A stretch of DNA of 30,370 nucleotides from a virus (taxonomy: Duplodnaviria > Caudoviricetes), in the IMG/VR virus record IMGVR_UViG_3300012348_000186, positions 1 to 30,370 of that record. One strand, 5' to 3'. Position numbers and translations under genes: made by a program. The notes below the pieces were generated by a model that ran no database searches, had not been told where the DNA came from, and worked only from the letters and a program-made list of their open reading frames with translations. Below are positions 1 through 9,194 of this stretch, in pieces (the first letter of the stretch is position 1; each line of letters begins with the position of its first letter).

Positions 1-56
1 GTTCGGATGTCCGGTCCGTTAGCGGTATATGCTCCGTTGAGGATTGGGGTTTGCAT
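1..56 (-). CDS. N-terminus of P22 gp10-like head-tail/DNA stabilization protein (runs off the window)
   Basis: ATG at 56 overlaps the upstream TAA (TAATG). Reads MQTPILNGAYTANGPDIR, resembling gp10-family N-termini, in the expected position after gp4. Confidence 0.55.
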   Translation of the reverse strand, partial: MQTPILNGAYTANGPDIR

Positions 57-298
57 TAGAACAACTCCAGCAGAATCAAAGCAATCCAACCTGGGGACGC
101 TGTGGCCAGGGCATCAAGAGCCTCGACTTGGCCTTCTTTGCGTACGTATTGATTGATCTCGTAACTTACGCCAAGCGTTGTGGTTGAGAAAGCAAAAAAC
201 CAGCCATGCCCGAAGTTCGTGAGGATGAATGCACCACAGGCTGATGCGACTAGGCCACAAATACCAAGTGCAATATGTAGAAGTTTGTCGCGTTGCAT
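56..298 (-). CDS. small membrane protein, unknown function
   Basis: 80 aa with hydrophobic segments, tightly packed in the late operon. Confidence 0.65.
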   Translation of the reverse strand: MQRDKLLHIALGICGLVASACGAFILTNFGHGWFFAFSTTTLGVSYEINQYVRKEGQVEALDALATASPGWIALILLELF

Positions 299-303
299 CT
301 AGA

Positions 304-585
304 TCACCACTTTACCTTGTCGGCCCAATACGCGGCACTCATTTTGCCTTTTGAGATGTTCTTGGCGTGCCGAGCTTTGAATGATTCTCGACGAGTCTTG
401 TCGGCTCTCGATTCACCAGTGCGTTTCGGGGAGCCTGAGACTCCTTGCTGACCAAACCGAATCGTCTTGATCCGATCCCCTTCCTTGGCCACCACGACGT
501 GTGATTTCGTCGGATGCGAAGGAGTGCGCTTGGGCTTATTGAACCCAGCGACTCCGGCATTGGCCAATCGGGAATCTTTTTTCAT
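304..585 (-). CDS. basic phage hypothetical protein
   Basis: Start moved to ATG 585 (MKKDSRL...). Contains KTIRFGQQG and SFKARH...SAAYWADKVKW, a pattern I recognise from phage late regions. Confidence 0.75.
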   Translation of the reverse strand: MKKDSRLANAGVAGFNKPKRTPSHPTKSHVVVAKEGDRIKTIRFGQQGVSGSPKRTGESRADKTRRESFKARHAKNISKGKMSAAYWADKVKW

Positions 586-587
586 GA

Positions 588-1043
588 TCAAGCAATCCGA
601 TACCAAGAATTGGTCGACTGAACGAAGCGCACACGGAAGAAGGCTTCAGCAGCAAGAGTCGTGGGGTCGCCGTACAAAGCAGCTGCTCCGTTCGCGGCCA
701 ACGTGAACGCGGTGATCTGCTGAGTCGTAGTGATCAACACTTCGGTGCCATCAGGCGTCTGGGTGTTCAAGGGCAACGTTACAGTACCAGCGGCCAGAGT
801 CTCAGCTGGCTGGATCAACATCCATTGTTGCGCATTCACAGGAGTCGGAACGGCTACGTTGAATCCGGTTCCGGGCGTAAAAATGTTGGTGGCCAGTGTG
901 GGACTGGCGAAATTCTGCTGAAAGAACTGAAGCAGCGCATTAAGAGGCAAACGACGAGCGTCACCGTTGTTCGGACTGTACACCGGGATCTGGTCACCCG
1001 GAGACGCGACAGTGAGTAATGGAAGTTGATTGATGTACGGCAT
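588..1043 (-). CDS. putative virion structural protein
   Basis: 151 aa, Thr/Ala/Pro-rich, beta-type composition; AAGGA RBS; follows the gp4-like gene. Confidence 0.7.
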   Translation of the reverse strand: MPYINQLPLLTVASPGDQIPVYSPNNGDARRLPLNALLQFFQQNFASPTLATNIFTPGTGFNVAVPTPVNAQQWMLIQPAETLAAGTVTLPLNTQTPDGTEVLITTTQQITAFTLAANGAAALYGDPTTLAAEAFFRVRFVQSTNSWYRIA

Positions 1044-1052
1044 GGCGGATCC

Positions 1053-1535
1053 TTAATTGAACTGGATTGGGCCATCAGGTCCGGCGTCAACCGGGTCCAC
1101 CTCTGGTCCCAAGAATGGGTTGTCGTACATCCTCCAAGGCTTATTGCCAGCGCCAGCCGGAAGGGTGTTCGGGAATTGCTGCTCCATGGGCATCGCCGCA
1201 CGGGAAAGCAAAGTGTTGTAAGCCGCCTTAGCGGTGATCTTGGTGTCGGCCATCGGAGTTCGACCGAAACCGGGGGCAACCTTCAACGCCAGATTGGTGA
1301 TGATCGCTTCATTCGCAGAATCCGGGACTTCGGACGGTTCGTCGAGGTCGCTGAATTGCGGACTACCGGGAATGGGATATCCAAGACGAATTCCCTTGGC
1401 GTTCCATTCGGCTATCATCGCATCGAGTCGGCGTAAAGCGGACTGAAGTTGTTCTGGCTGTAAATCGAAGACATAGGATGCAAGGCCGATCTCTTCGAAC
1501 GCAGCCGCTACGAATTGACGCTTGCTGTATCCCAT
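1053..1535 (-). CDS. P22 gp4-like head-tail connector
   Basis: EEIGLA...QSALRRLDAMIAEW..GIRLGY...AIITNLA..AP.FG pattern and position downstream of coat. Confidence 0.8.
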   Translation of the reverse strand: MGYSKRQFVAAAFEEIGLASYVFDLQPEQLQSALRRLDAMIAEWNAKGIRLGYPIPGSPQFSDLDEPSEVPDSANEAIITNLALKVAPGFGRTPMADTKITAKAAYNTLLSRAAMPMEQQFPNTLPAGAGNKPWRMYDNPFLGPEVDPVDAGPDGPIQFN

Positions 1536-1536
1536 G

Positions 1537-1734
1537 TTACTTCATTCCTCGACTTGCTTTGTTCTTGGCTGTACGACTACCACGAGCTGGCAGGGGTTTA
1601 CCTGCCTTTTTTGCCGCCGTACGAGCAGTATTTAAAGCGATAGCAATAGCCTGCTTCTGAGGACGGCCAGCTTTCATCTCTTTGGAGATGTTCTTGCTGA
1701 CAGATTTCTTGGAATAACCTTGAACCAATGGCAT
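1537..1734 (-). CDS. small basic phage protein
   Basis: MPL..GYSKKSVSKNI..EMKAGRPQKQAIAIAL, a common phage late-region family; AGGAG RBS. Confidence 0.75.
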   Translation of the reverse strand: MPLVQGYSKKSVSKNISKEMKAGRPQKQAIAIALNTARTAAKKAGKPLPARGSRTAKNKASRGMK

Positions 1735-1752
1735 CTTAATCTCCTGATAGCG

Positions 1753-1776
1753 TAAGGGGGGCCGAAGCCCCCCTTA
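1753..1776 (-). terminator. 10-bp hairpin with UUCG loop after the coat gene (attenuator or mRNA stabiliser)
   Basis: Minus strand TAAGGGGGGC-TTCG-GCCCCCCTTA; no U-tract follows. Confidence 0.6.
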
Positions 1777-1787
1777 GCGAAGCCTGA

Positions 1788-3071
1788 TTAAGGCTGGTTG
1801 AACAACAGGATACCGGACATTTCGGGCTGCTTGTTCACAACGCCGAAGAGGGTATCGAGACGATACTTGATCGTCATGCTGTCGATGTCGTAGAACTTCT
1901 GCATCACCAATTCAATGCCTTGGTCGGTGCTTGCACGCATCACTGCAGTGCCAGCGTCGGAGGGCACGGCATAACGACCGGGAAGAATCTCGATCGCATC
2001 TTTTTGCCAGAAAGCGTTGATGTTGGAAGCACCAGTGTTCAACCAAGTCAATGCAGCAGCGTCAGCAGCGATAGCCACTTCCACGTTCTTGTACTGCAGC
2101 TGAGCATCGGTGGGGGCGACGCCCTGAGCACCGATGATTGGGGGGCTGATCACCATGGTAGTGCCGTCGGTCACGCTGATGACACGGAATGTCTTCAGTT
2201 GGCCAGTGGACTGCTTGGTGATGTGGTGCACAGCGTACACTTCAGCGATCGTGAAGGCGTCGCCAGCGGCCACACCAACGGTGTTCGACACAGTGACAGT
2301 CTGGAAGCGGTTGTCCACGTTGATCTGACCACCGACCGAGTTCGAAGTCGCTTGAGGAGCGTAGTTGGCTTGCGAACCTGCGCCGTTGGTGTCGATAGTG
2401 GTAGCACCGCCAGCAGCAACGCCAATGCGGTTAGCATAGTCCAGCTTGTAGGTGTCGAAACCAGCAACCATACCAACGTAACTACGCTCGTAAGCGTTTG
2501 CCGACTTGTTACCAGTGAAGGAACGAGTAGCAGCGGCCAAGTTGCCAGCCAGACCGTTGTAATCGCGGCTGGACAGAGCCAGATAACGATCTTCGGTGGG
2601 GATGCCTTGCTCGTTCATGATCGAGTCGCACAAAGCCACGTCATCGTAATCACCAGCAGCACCAGCGACTGGAACGACCAAGGTGCCCTGAGCAGCAGCG
2701 ACGTTCATCACGGCGACGTTGATGTCGGAAGCCAGCTTTTGCTTAGCAGACTGACCCAAACGGCCTTCTTGCAGAGCGTCACGCAATTCCAGCGTGGTCA
2801 TAGTCCAAGGCACAGTCTTGCTGAAACCCAGAGTGGCGGGGACAGCCAACTGAGTCATGTTCTGGTAACCGGGGATCGGAGTGCCGGGAGTGCTGTTGAT
2901 CGACTGAGCGATGTAAGGCTGTGGACGCCAGATGGTGTTGCGTGCACGCTCCATCATGGTCGAGTCAGTGTTATAAATACTGACGTTACGAGAAAGCACC
3001 AAAGCGTCTTGGAAACCTTCGAGGAGATCTTCGAACGCGACGCGTTCTTCTTTACTAAATGCGTTTGCCAT
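1788..3071 (-). CDS. major capsid protein, P22 coat (gp5) family
   Basis: 427 aa; MAN.FSKEE..., C-terminal YRLDTLFGV..KQPEM.G; follows portal and scaffold; AAGGAG RBS. Confidence 0.9.
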   Translation of the reverse strand: MANAFSKEERVAFEDLLEGFQDALVLSRNVSIYNTDSTMMERARNTIWRPQPYIAQSINSTPGTPIPGYQNMTQLAVPATLGFSKTVPWTMTTLELRDALQEGRLGQSAKQKLASDINVAVMNVAAAQGTLVVPVAGAAGDYDDVALCDSIMNEQGIPTEDRYLALSSRDYNGLAGNLAAATRSFTGNKSANAYERSYVGMVAGFDTYKLDYANRIGVAAGGATTIDTNGAGSQANYAPQATSNSVGGQINVDNRFQTVTVSNTVGVAAGDAFTIAEVYAVHHITKQSTGQLKTFRVISVTDGTTMVISPPIIGAQGVAPTDAQLQYKNVEVAIAADAAALTWLNTGASNINAFWQKDAIEILPGRYAVPSDAGTAVMRASTDQGIELVMQKFYDIDSMTIKYRLDTLFGVVNKQPEMSGILLFNQP

Positions 3072-3124
3072 GATTGGCTCCTTTTGAATGAGAAAATGGT
3101 TTAGGGATTAACCCCACTGATTTG

Positions 3125-3149
3125 CTCACCCAATTGGAGCCGGGCGGTA
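3125..3149 (-). promoter_or_regulatory. leader hairpin motif upstream of coat gene
   Basis: Minus strand TACC-GCCCG-gctccaat-TGGGT-GAG; a similar element lies at 4163-4189. Confidence 0.4.
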
Positions 3150-3230
3150 GCTCTGAATCTGTCATCTGCCGATATAGGGTTGGCGATACCACTTCAGACG
3201 AATTCTACACTACCGCACCGGGTCTGTCAA

Positions 3231-4145
3231 TCACCCTGGCTTTTTCTTCTGCTGCTTATACTTCAAAACCTTGGTGTAATCACCAGTCTTTTCGGCTTCA
3301 GTACGCAGACGATCGAGGGTGGAATCCACCGCACCCGAGACACGGCCAGTGCCGGAAACGGTTTTCGGCGGAGGAGGTGGGGATTTACGATTAGTGACTT
3401 TCAATTGGGTCTCCAGTTTACCAACAGCAACAGCGAAACGAACAGGATCAGTGATCCCGGCCAGTTCAGTAGCCTTTTTGTGATTCTTACCAAGGGCATA
3501 CACAACCAAGGCCGGATTTTCCAGTCCTTGAAGAATGATACCCTGTTGAGTGACGTTGAATCTGTCTTGGACATATGCCTCCGCATCTTCATAGTCTCGC
3601 ACCTTCAGGTCAGCTTTCGCTTTACCGTAGGAGGTCAGCTTGTCTTGCCACGCCTTTTCAGCGTCATCTTGTGCCTTTTTGGATGCTTCAACCTGAGCAT
3701 CGTGTCGGCGCTTGGTTTCGAACCACTCACCGAGTTTTTCTTCGTAGACGTCGGGATCGTAGTCGAAATCTTCGAGTTTGGGCTTCGCAGGAAGCGTTAA
3801 GGGTTTCACGGTTGGCACTACGCTAGCGTTAAGCTTGGCCTCCAACTCACGAATCTTCTTGTCCTTCTCGCGACTGGATTTGCGAAGCTCTTTTACCCAC
3901 GATGGTGCGTGCTTTTGCTCCTCGTCCTCTTGGGTCAGGTCTTCACCGTCCATCGAAATGATGATCTGATCATCATCCTCTTCGCTCACTTCACCTTCTG
4001 CGCCCTCTTCGTTCTGTGAATCAGCCAACTCGTTCGAATCATCAGAATCCGAATTTTCATCCGCACCGGAACTCTCTTCATTTTCGACCAGATTTTCGAC
4101 ATCATCGATTACCTCGTCCGTGTCGGCGCTACCAATTTTAGCCAT
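3231..4145 (-). CDS. capsid scaffolding protein
   Basis: Between portal and coat; acidic N-terminus, coiled coil, KPKLEDFDYD motif, basic C-terminus. Confidence 0.8.
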   Translation of the reverse strand: MAKIGSADTDEVIDDVENLVENEESSGADENSDSDDSNELADSQNEEGAEGEVSEEDDDQIIISMDGEDLTQEDEEQKHAPSWVKELRKSSREKDKKIRELEAKLNASVVPTVKPLTLPAKPKLEDFDYDPDVYEEKLGEWFETKRRHDAQVEASKKAQDDAEKAWQDKLTSYGKAKADLKVRDYEDAEAYVQDRFNVTQQGIILQGLENPALVVYALGKNHKKATELAGITDPVRFAVAVGKLETQLKVTNRKSPPPPPKTVSGTGRVSGAVDSTLDRLRTEAEKTGDYTKVLKYKQQKKKPG

Positions 4146-4162
4146 CTTCTTACTCCATCAAA

Positions 4163-4189
4163 CTCACCCGTAAAAGCGGACGGGTGGTA
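4163..4189 (-). promoter_or_regulatory. leader hairpin motif upstream of scaffold gene
   Basis: Minus strand TACC-ACCCGT-ccgctttt-ACGGGT-GAG, just 5' of the GGAG RBS. Confidence 0.4.
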
Positions 4190-4197
4190 ACCGCATA

Positions 4198-6249
4198 TCA
4201 GACGCCGGGTGGTTGCTCGACGTTCTGGATCAAGCCGCCGACTGCATTTGCGGCTTCGATTGCTTGCTGGCGCTCGTCGATATCGACACCAGCCAGTGTC
4301 TCGATTGTCTTAGCTTTTGTCAGCTCCGTGTCAGCGATCGTCTTCACAACATCGGCCCGAGCACGTGTGGCCTTGGCTGTCGCCTCGTCCGCTGCAGCCT
4401 TCAAGTAGACCGAATTCGGATCCTCTTTCGCGTTCGCTGCAGCTTCCATCATCTGCTGCGCTTCTTCGTCGGTAGGCTCTACCACGCCCATCTCAACCAA
4501 CTGCTTACGGAAATACTCACGAGCGTCACGAAGACCTTCTCCCTCCATGTTCATCAGAGCGATAGCCTGAAGTACCTGCTGAGTCTTCTGATCGGTGGTG
4601 ATAGCCATCATACCCGTCAGTGCCCTCACGATGGCCGCACGCTGGCTCGAGAACGATGGTCCGACATCGACCGTCACATCCAGATGGGCCTCGCTCAGAT
4701 CGTTCTCCATGGCGATCTCACCAGTCTCTTTGTCCACCATTGGACGGAGCAATTCGACGGGGGTCACATCGCCTTGGGGGGAGACGGCTTTCATCTTGCG
4801 CTTCGGCTCGACGTAAATCTCCTTGGCCATCGACAACCAGATCTCACCGGAGCGACGAATTGCCTTGGCCATGTTCGACATGTAAATGAAAGTCTGCATG
4901 TCCAGACGCTGTTGGACCATCTCAACGGCTTTACCAGAAATGTTGCTGACGATCTTGTCGCCCTGCTCTTGGTTACCCAATACGTCACGGATATCTTGCT
5001 CCGACAACTGCAGCATCGCGGCCATGGCTGGGGGAATCGCTGGTGACTTGGTGTAAGCCACGGGACCGGACACTTGGGTTGCACCATCGGGACCAGTGAT
5101 CGGGTTGATCAGCAGGTAGGGGTAATTCTTGAGGTTGTCCTCCGCCCACATGTTCTGGTGGCCAGCCACTTGCTCTGGAGTCAGGATTGGCTTTTCGACA
5201 CTTGACAATGCCGCGATTTCACCCAACTTCGACATCTGCATGTTCTTGAGACGCTGTACGTCCTTGGCCAGTCGTACGTGGCCCGAGCAACGCTCAACGT
5301 TGTCGATGAACCAACGCTTGCCGTAGACCGGGACTACTGGAATGCACTTGCCAGCAATATACCCGTTGTCCTCAAGAATGCGAGATCCGCTCATGATGTA
5401 CGAATGGACACGACGACGCTTCACACGCTTCACGCGAATTTCGAACGAACCGATAGCATTCATTTGGGCGTAGAATTCCTCGGTGAGTTCCTCCTTGCGG
5501 AATTTTTCTTCACTACCATCCACCGCCTTGAACACGTGGATCGAGTCATTGACTTCTTCGACGCGGTAGTATTCAGCCACGAACACAACATCGGGGGTAA
5601 GCCAGTCGAATTCATATTGGTGAATCTCTTTCGGCCAAGTCGATGGGTCATCATCGTAAGTTGCCTTGTACGCTGCGTGGGTCATGGAAGTGATCACGAA
5701 GCAGCGCTTTGCGTCGGCTTTGTCTTGACGCTTGGCCTCCAGATCGAAGAATACCGAGGAGTCGGCGTCGTAGATCGGCTCGATACGAATACGTTGCTGC
5801 TCGTTCTCGTCGTCCTCAGGGTCTTCATACTCGGGACGCAGACGCCAAGCACCGTAACCGCCACCGACCGCCTCTTCGAAGCCATTGTCGTACGCTTCTT
5901 CGGCCACCGAGTCTTGCTCGTCAGCGCGATATAATCCGGCACAGACATCGGCGGTACGATCGGATCTTGCGCCCTGCTTGCTCACGAAGCTGACCGCGAT
6001 TCGGTTGTTCCGATACTCGGTGAATATTCGTTGTACGGCCAACGCGATCTTATTGATCTCGAAGCGTGGCTTGTTCTGGAACTGCTCCCCGAGCGGCCCC
6101 TCCCATTGAGCGCCAGCGATCGAATAGAATCGTCGGTCTTGGAGACATTGTAGTCGCTCGTCACGGAGAGCGGATTGGATATTGTCGAATTCTTCGAGCG
6201 CTTCTTGATGGATGTTTGTCAGCTGCTCTTCTCGGGTTAGTCGTGCCAT
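4198..6249 (-). CDS. portal protein, P22 gp1-like
   Basis: Start moved to ATG 6249 (MARLTREEQ). GAQWEG, PRFEINK, EEAVGGGYGAWR, IPVVPVYG motifs; C-terminal helical barrel-like region. Confidence 0.9.
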   Translation of the reverse strand: MARLTREEQLTNIHQEALEEFDNIQSALRDERLQCLQDRRFYSIAGAQWEGPLGEQFQNKPRFEINKIALAVQRIFTEYRNNRIAVSFVSKQGARSDRTADVCAGLYRADEQDSVAEEAYDNGFEEAVGGGYGAWRLRPEYEDPEDDENEQQRIRIEPIYDADSSVFFDLEAKRQDKADAKRCFVITSMTHAAYKATYDDDPSTWPKEIHQYEFDWLTPDVVFVAEYYRVEEVNDSIHVFKAVDGSEEKFRKEELTEEFYAQMNAIGSFEIRVKRVKRRRVHSYIMSGSRILEDNGYIAGKCIPVVPVYGKRWFIDNVERCSGHVRLAKDVQRLKNMQMSKLGEIAALSSVEKPILTPEQVAGHQNMWAEDNLKNYPYLLINPITGPDGATQVSGPVAYTKSPAIPPAMAAMLQLSEQDIRDVLGNQEQGDKIVSNISGKAVEMVQQRLDMQTFIYMSNMAKAIRRSGEIWLSMAKEIYVEPKRKMKAVSPQGDVTPVELLRPMVDKETGEIAMENDLSEAHLDVTVDVGPSFSSQRAAIVRALTGMMAITTDQKTQQVLQAIALMNMEGEGLRDAREYFRKQLVEMGVVEPTDEEAQQMMEAAANAKEDPNSVYLKAAADEATAKATRARADVVKTIADTELTKAKTIETLAGVDIDERQQAIEAANAVGGLIQNVEQPPGV

Positions 6250-6254
6250 GGTGT

Positions 6255-7607
6255 TTAGCCCCTTGCGTTCCAAAAATTGGTGGATGGAATAATGAGTGAT
6301 GAAGTAAGAATCTGCGATTTCTGTGGTGCCACGATCGCGGGAAACAGTTCGGTAATTGCCCACACGAGAGCGTCAGCGCGGTTGGGTGAACGGTCGCCCA
6401 CGTAGCCGTTTGTCGTAAACCCGGACAGTTCGTCCTCCAGATCCCGGAGGTAACCGACGTGGCGGACTTTGCCGTCCTCGTACAGCGCCGAGATCGGCTC
6501 CGCCCGGACCACTTTTCCACGGGTGGCTGTCACCTTGCGGTAGCTAACCCGTGCGTTTCGCTGAGCGGCAGCGGTACGGATAACGTGCTGGACCATCGCC
6601 CCGCCATAGTTCGCTTCCCCGACCACTGCGTCGGCTTCGTGTCGTATATACGCATCGACCGCTACTTTGCCCCATACTGCGGGACCAGCTTTCACGGTGA
6701 GGTCTTCCAGTACGTACGCGATTCCGTCAGTACCGAGACCCGCGATCACAATACCGATCGCATCCGCCTCAGTCCCCGAATCGTCACCAGATCCGGAGGG
6801 GTCGACGGCAACAATGACACGCACGAGGTCCGGGATATCGCCATCAATGACGCGCCACGTTTCGATTTTGTCGTCCGAGAACAGTGCGTTGGGGGTGCCA
6901 TCGCTGAATTCGCCACGCAAGAAACGCTTCTGCAGTCGGGGAGAAAGCGACTGGAGGGTCTTGAGGTAGTTGGACGAGAGGTTCTGGAGGTTGTCCTCGG
7001 GGTTGATCCGGAACGATACGTAATTCTCGGGGTCGGGCAGGGGTTTCTTGGTCTCGGGGTCGACCTTCTGGATGAACAGTTTGTACGCCCAATGCACCTT
7101 GTCCGTGGGGTTCATGTCGTAGAACGCACGCGGGATCAGGTAATTACCGGGGGTGGTTTCGGCCAGCTGCGCGAGACGGGTGATGGCGATTGACTGCGAA
7201 CCCGACGGGATCTGTGAACACTCGTTGAAGTAGATGGTCGCGTACTCTTGACCCAGAATCTTCTCGGTCCGCTCCTTGTCGTCCAAACCGCCAAACCAGA
7301 TTTCGGATTCATTCGGGAGCGACACGAACCAGTCAGTCTTCGACAGCGAGTACACCACGCCGGGGAAGCACAGGTCCATCACCTTGGGGAACGTGTCCAG
7401 AATGATCGACGCTTTGATGTGGTTGAAACGGTAACGCAGGATCGCGTGTCGGGATTTTCGCGCTTTAAGCGCTCGAAGCACCACATTACGAACGAGGAGA
7501 AACGTCTTGCCGGAGCGGGAGCCACCGAAAAGCATCTCGTGAGTGGCTGGCCCTGAAAGGAGCGCCATCGCCTCTTCTTGACGATCCGTGAGTTTGAATT
7601 CGCTCAT
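6255..7607 (-). CDS. terL: terminase large subunit
   Basis: Walker A GGSRSGKT, Walker B IYFNE, RNase H-like nuclease VAVDPS...GEANYGG...NRADALVWA. Confidence 0.92.
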   Translation of the reverse strand: MSEFKLTDRQEEAMALLSGPATHEMLFGGSRSGKTFLLVRNVVLRALKARKSRHAILRYRFNHIKASIILDTFPKVMDLCFPGVVYSLSKTDWFVSLPNESEIWFGGLDDKERTEKILGQEYATIYFNECSQIPSGSQSIAITRLAQLAETTPGNYLIPRAFYDMNPTDKVHWAYKLFIQKVDPETKKPLPDPENYVSFRINPEDNLQNLSSNYLKTLQSLSPRLQKRFLRGEFSDGTPNALFSDDKIETWRVIDGDIPDLVRVIVAVDPSGSGDDSGTEADAIGIVIAGLGTDGIAYVLEDLTVKAGPAVWGKVAVDAYIRHEADAVVGEANYGGAMVQHVIRTAAAQRNARVSYRKVTATRGKVVRAEPISALYEDGKVRHVGYLRDLEDELSGFTTNGYVGDRSPNRADALVWAITELFPAIVAPQKSQILTSSLIIPSTNFWNARG

Positions 7608-8158
7608 ATGTTCACGTCGTACTTGGAGACTAGGTTAATCTGGATATTCGTTGGACCGCCCTTGTTCTGAGCGCCGTGCTCGAACTTGTCGTAAAGTCCC
7701 GTTACCTCACCCCGAGTCCGCTCTGCTTGAAGTGCTACCTTCAACTGGCCCTGCACCTTCGCCATGTCCCGGATCTGCGCCAACTCCTGCACATGGGAAC
7801 CGAGCGAGACCAACGCCGCCTCTTTGATCGTAGTCGATAACTCTTGGATCCGGTATTGTACCTGTGGAAGCGCAAGTAGAGCTTGACCACGGGCGGTCGG
7901 AGCCTTGACATCATCACCAAACACGGAACGGTAGGCCGCCGCGAGGTTGCCCCCGTATTCAATCACGGCCAGCGCGAAGGAGTCCTCGTCGACCGAGAGA
8001 GGAGGTAAGGCAGGTTCTTCGGGGGTGTTTTTTTCCGGAGAAATATCGACCACCTGCGGAACTGCAACGACGAGAGGTGCGTCTTCGATGACCATAGGTA
8101 TATCCACGAACGAAGGCTCGTAAGTCTGTGTTGGGAAATTCTCGGTTGGGTCGTCCAT
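7604..8158 (-). CDS. terS: terminase small subunit
   Basis: ATGA overlap with terL; HTH-like FALAVIEYGGNLAAAYRS and ALQAERTRGEVTGLY; start set at ATG 8158 just after the promoter. Confidence 0.75.
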   Translation of the reverse strand: MDDPTENFPTQTYEPSFVDIPMVIEDAPLVVAVPQVVDISPEKNTPEEPALPPLSVDEDSFALAVIEYGGNLAAAYRSVFGDDVKAPTARGQALLALPQVQYRIQELSTTIKEAALVSLGSHVQELAQIRDMAKVQGQLKVALQAERTRGEVTGLYDKFEHGAQNKGGPTNIQINLVSKYDVNI

Positions 8159-8164
8159 GCGGTG

Positions 8165-8193
8165 AGTATACCACAGCGAAAACCGGGCGTCAA
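8165..8193 (-). promoter_or_regulatory. sigma70-type promoter for the late operon
   Basis: TTGACG-17 bp-TATACT with extended TGn; ATG follows 6 nt after the -10 box. Confidence 0.75.
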
Positions 8194-8483
8194 ATGACGG
8201 AGAGCACGCACGAAGGTAAGGCATATCCTCAATATTTTCTAGCGTAGAACGACCCCCCGTGCCAGTCTTTGAGTCAGAGGTCTTTCGAGGGGTGCCCCCC
8301 GCCGTATACCAACCCAGCCAAGCACTTCAGCGCTCCGACCGCGAATCGCGAAGCATGAATGCACGCGCCGGAATGCGTGAAGCACGGGCCGCGAATGGGG
8401 CCACGCCACCTCCGAGCAGATGCCCTCCGCTAGATCATGGCCGTGCACGGCTGTCAATCCCTTCGGCGACAGATGGGGACGCT

Positions 8484-8801
8484 TAGACCCCCCGCCACAG
8501 GGGGATACCCCCTCCACCACTCCACCCCCCTCCAGGTCTCCGTCCATGAGGTCTCGTCACGCCCACACGCCCCCCGCCTAGACCCCCCGCCTCTCCTCCT
8601 CCTCCCCGCTATCCCTCCATTAAAAAAAGAGATGGAGGGGGTGGAGTGGGTATACGGTCCCGAGGGAGAGACCCCCTCTGCCCCCATAGAGGGCCACTGG
8701 AGGAGGTCTGCGAGTGGCTCACGAGTAAGGCAGGATATTCGACTATCGATTCAGGCAGGTCCATAGTCTCAGACTATCGGCACGGCTGGAGGGGGGTGGA
8801 G
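8484..8801. repeat. cluster of C/G-tract direct and inverted repeats
   Basis: TAGACCCCCCGCC at 8484 and 8579; CTCCACCCCCCTCCAG (8520-8535) perfectly inverted at 8786-8801 with a near copy at 8633-8649; palindrome ATAGTCT-C-AGACTAT at 8763-8777. Confidence 0.8.
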
Positions 8802-8862
8802 CGGTCCGCGATCTGCTGTCTGTCCTCCTAGTGTGGTGTCGCTACAACATTCGGCCCCGCCT

Positions 8863-8878
8863 TGCTTCACGTGAAACA
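8863..8878. promoter_or_regulatory. parS-like palindrome
   Basis: TGCTTCACGTGAAACA, 15/16 match to the chromosomal parS consensus TGTTNCACGTGAAACA. Confidence 0.6.
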
Positions 8879-9063
8879 CCGCTCCCGCCCCTCGACTTGT
8901 GTGCTCAGAGCCTTTGTCGGAGCCGGTATTGACATAGCCGACGCATCTCGACCCCCCTTCCTTGCCCTCCGAGATACCTTCCTCGGCCTGTGTTCCACGA
9001 GGTGTTTCACGAAGTTGGCACGCCTTTTGCTACGTGAGCACGGGCGTGTTCCCATATTGATGG

Positions 9064-9093
9064 CGGTCCTCTCCCGGTCCTCTCCCGGTCCTC
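9064..9093. repeat. 11-bp tandem repeat CGGTCCTCTCC x2.7
   Basis: Read directly from the sequence. Confidence 0.9.
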
Positions 9094-9097
9094 GGGT

Positions 9098-9146
9098 TTT
9101 GTTACACTTTGTTACACTTTGTTACACTTTGTTACACTTTGTTACA
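9098..9146. repeat. 10-bp tandem repeat TTTGTTACAC x4.9
   Basis: Read directly from the sequence; ends about 20 bp upstream of the -35 box. Confidence 0.95.
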
Positions 9147-9165
9147 ATTTCGTGCATTCGAGTAC

Positions 9166-9194
9166 TTGCGCCACCCTTCTTGGCATGTTATAAT
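9166..9194 (+). promoter_or_regulatory. sigma70-type early promoter
   Basis: TTGCGC-17 bp-TATAAT with extended TGn. Confidence 0.75.

Noticed and set aside
1920-3104. 394-aa plus-strand ORF opposite the coat gene (likewise 3180-3800, 4213-5046, 5278-5934, 6459-7193)
   Set aside because: Antisense shadows of codon-biased structural genes; no RBS or recognisable motifs
9064-9146. CRISPR-like array
   Set aside because: Repeats are 10-11 bp and contiguous, with no spacers and no cas genes
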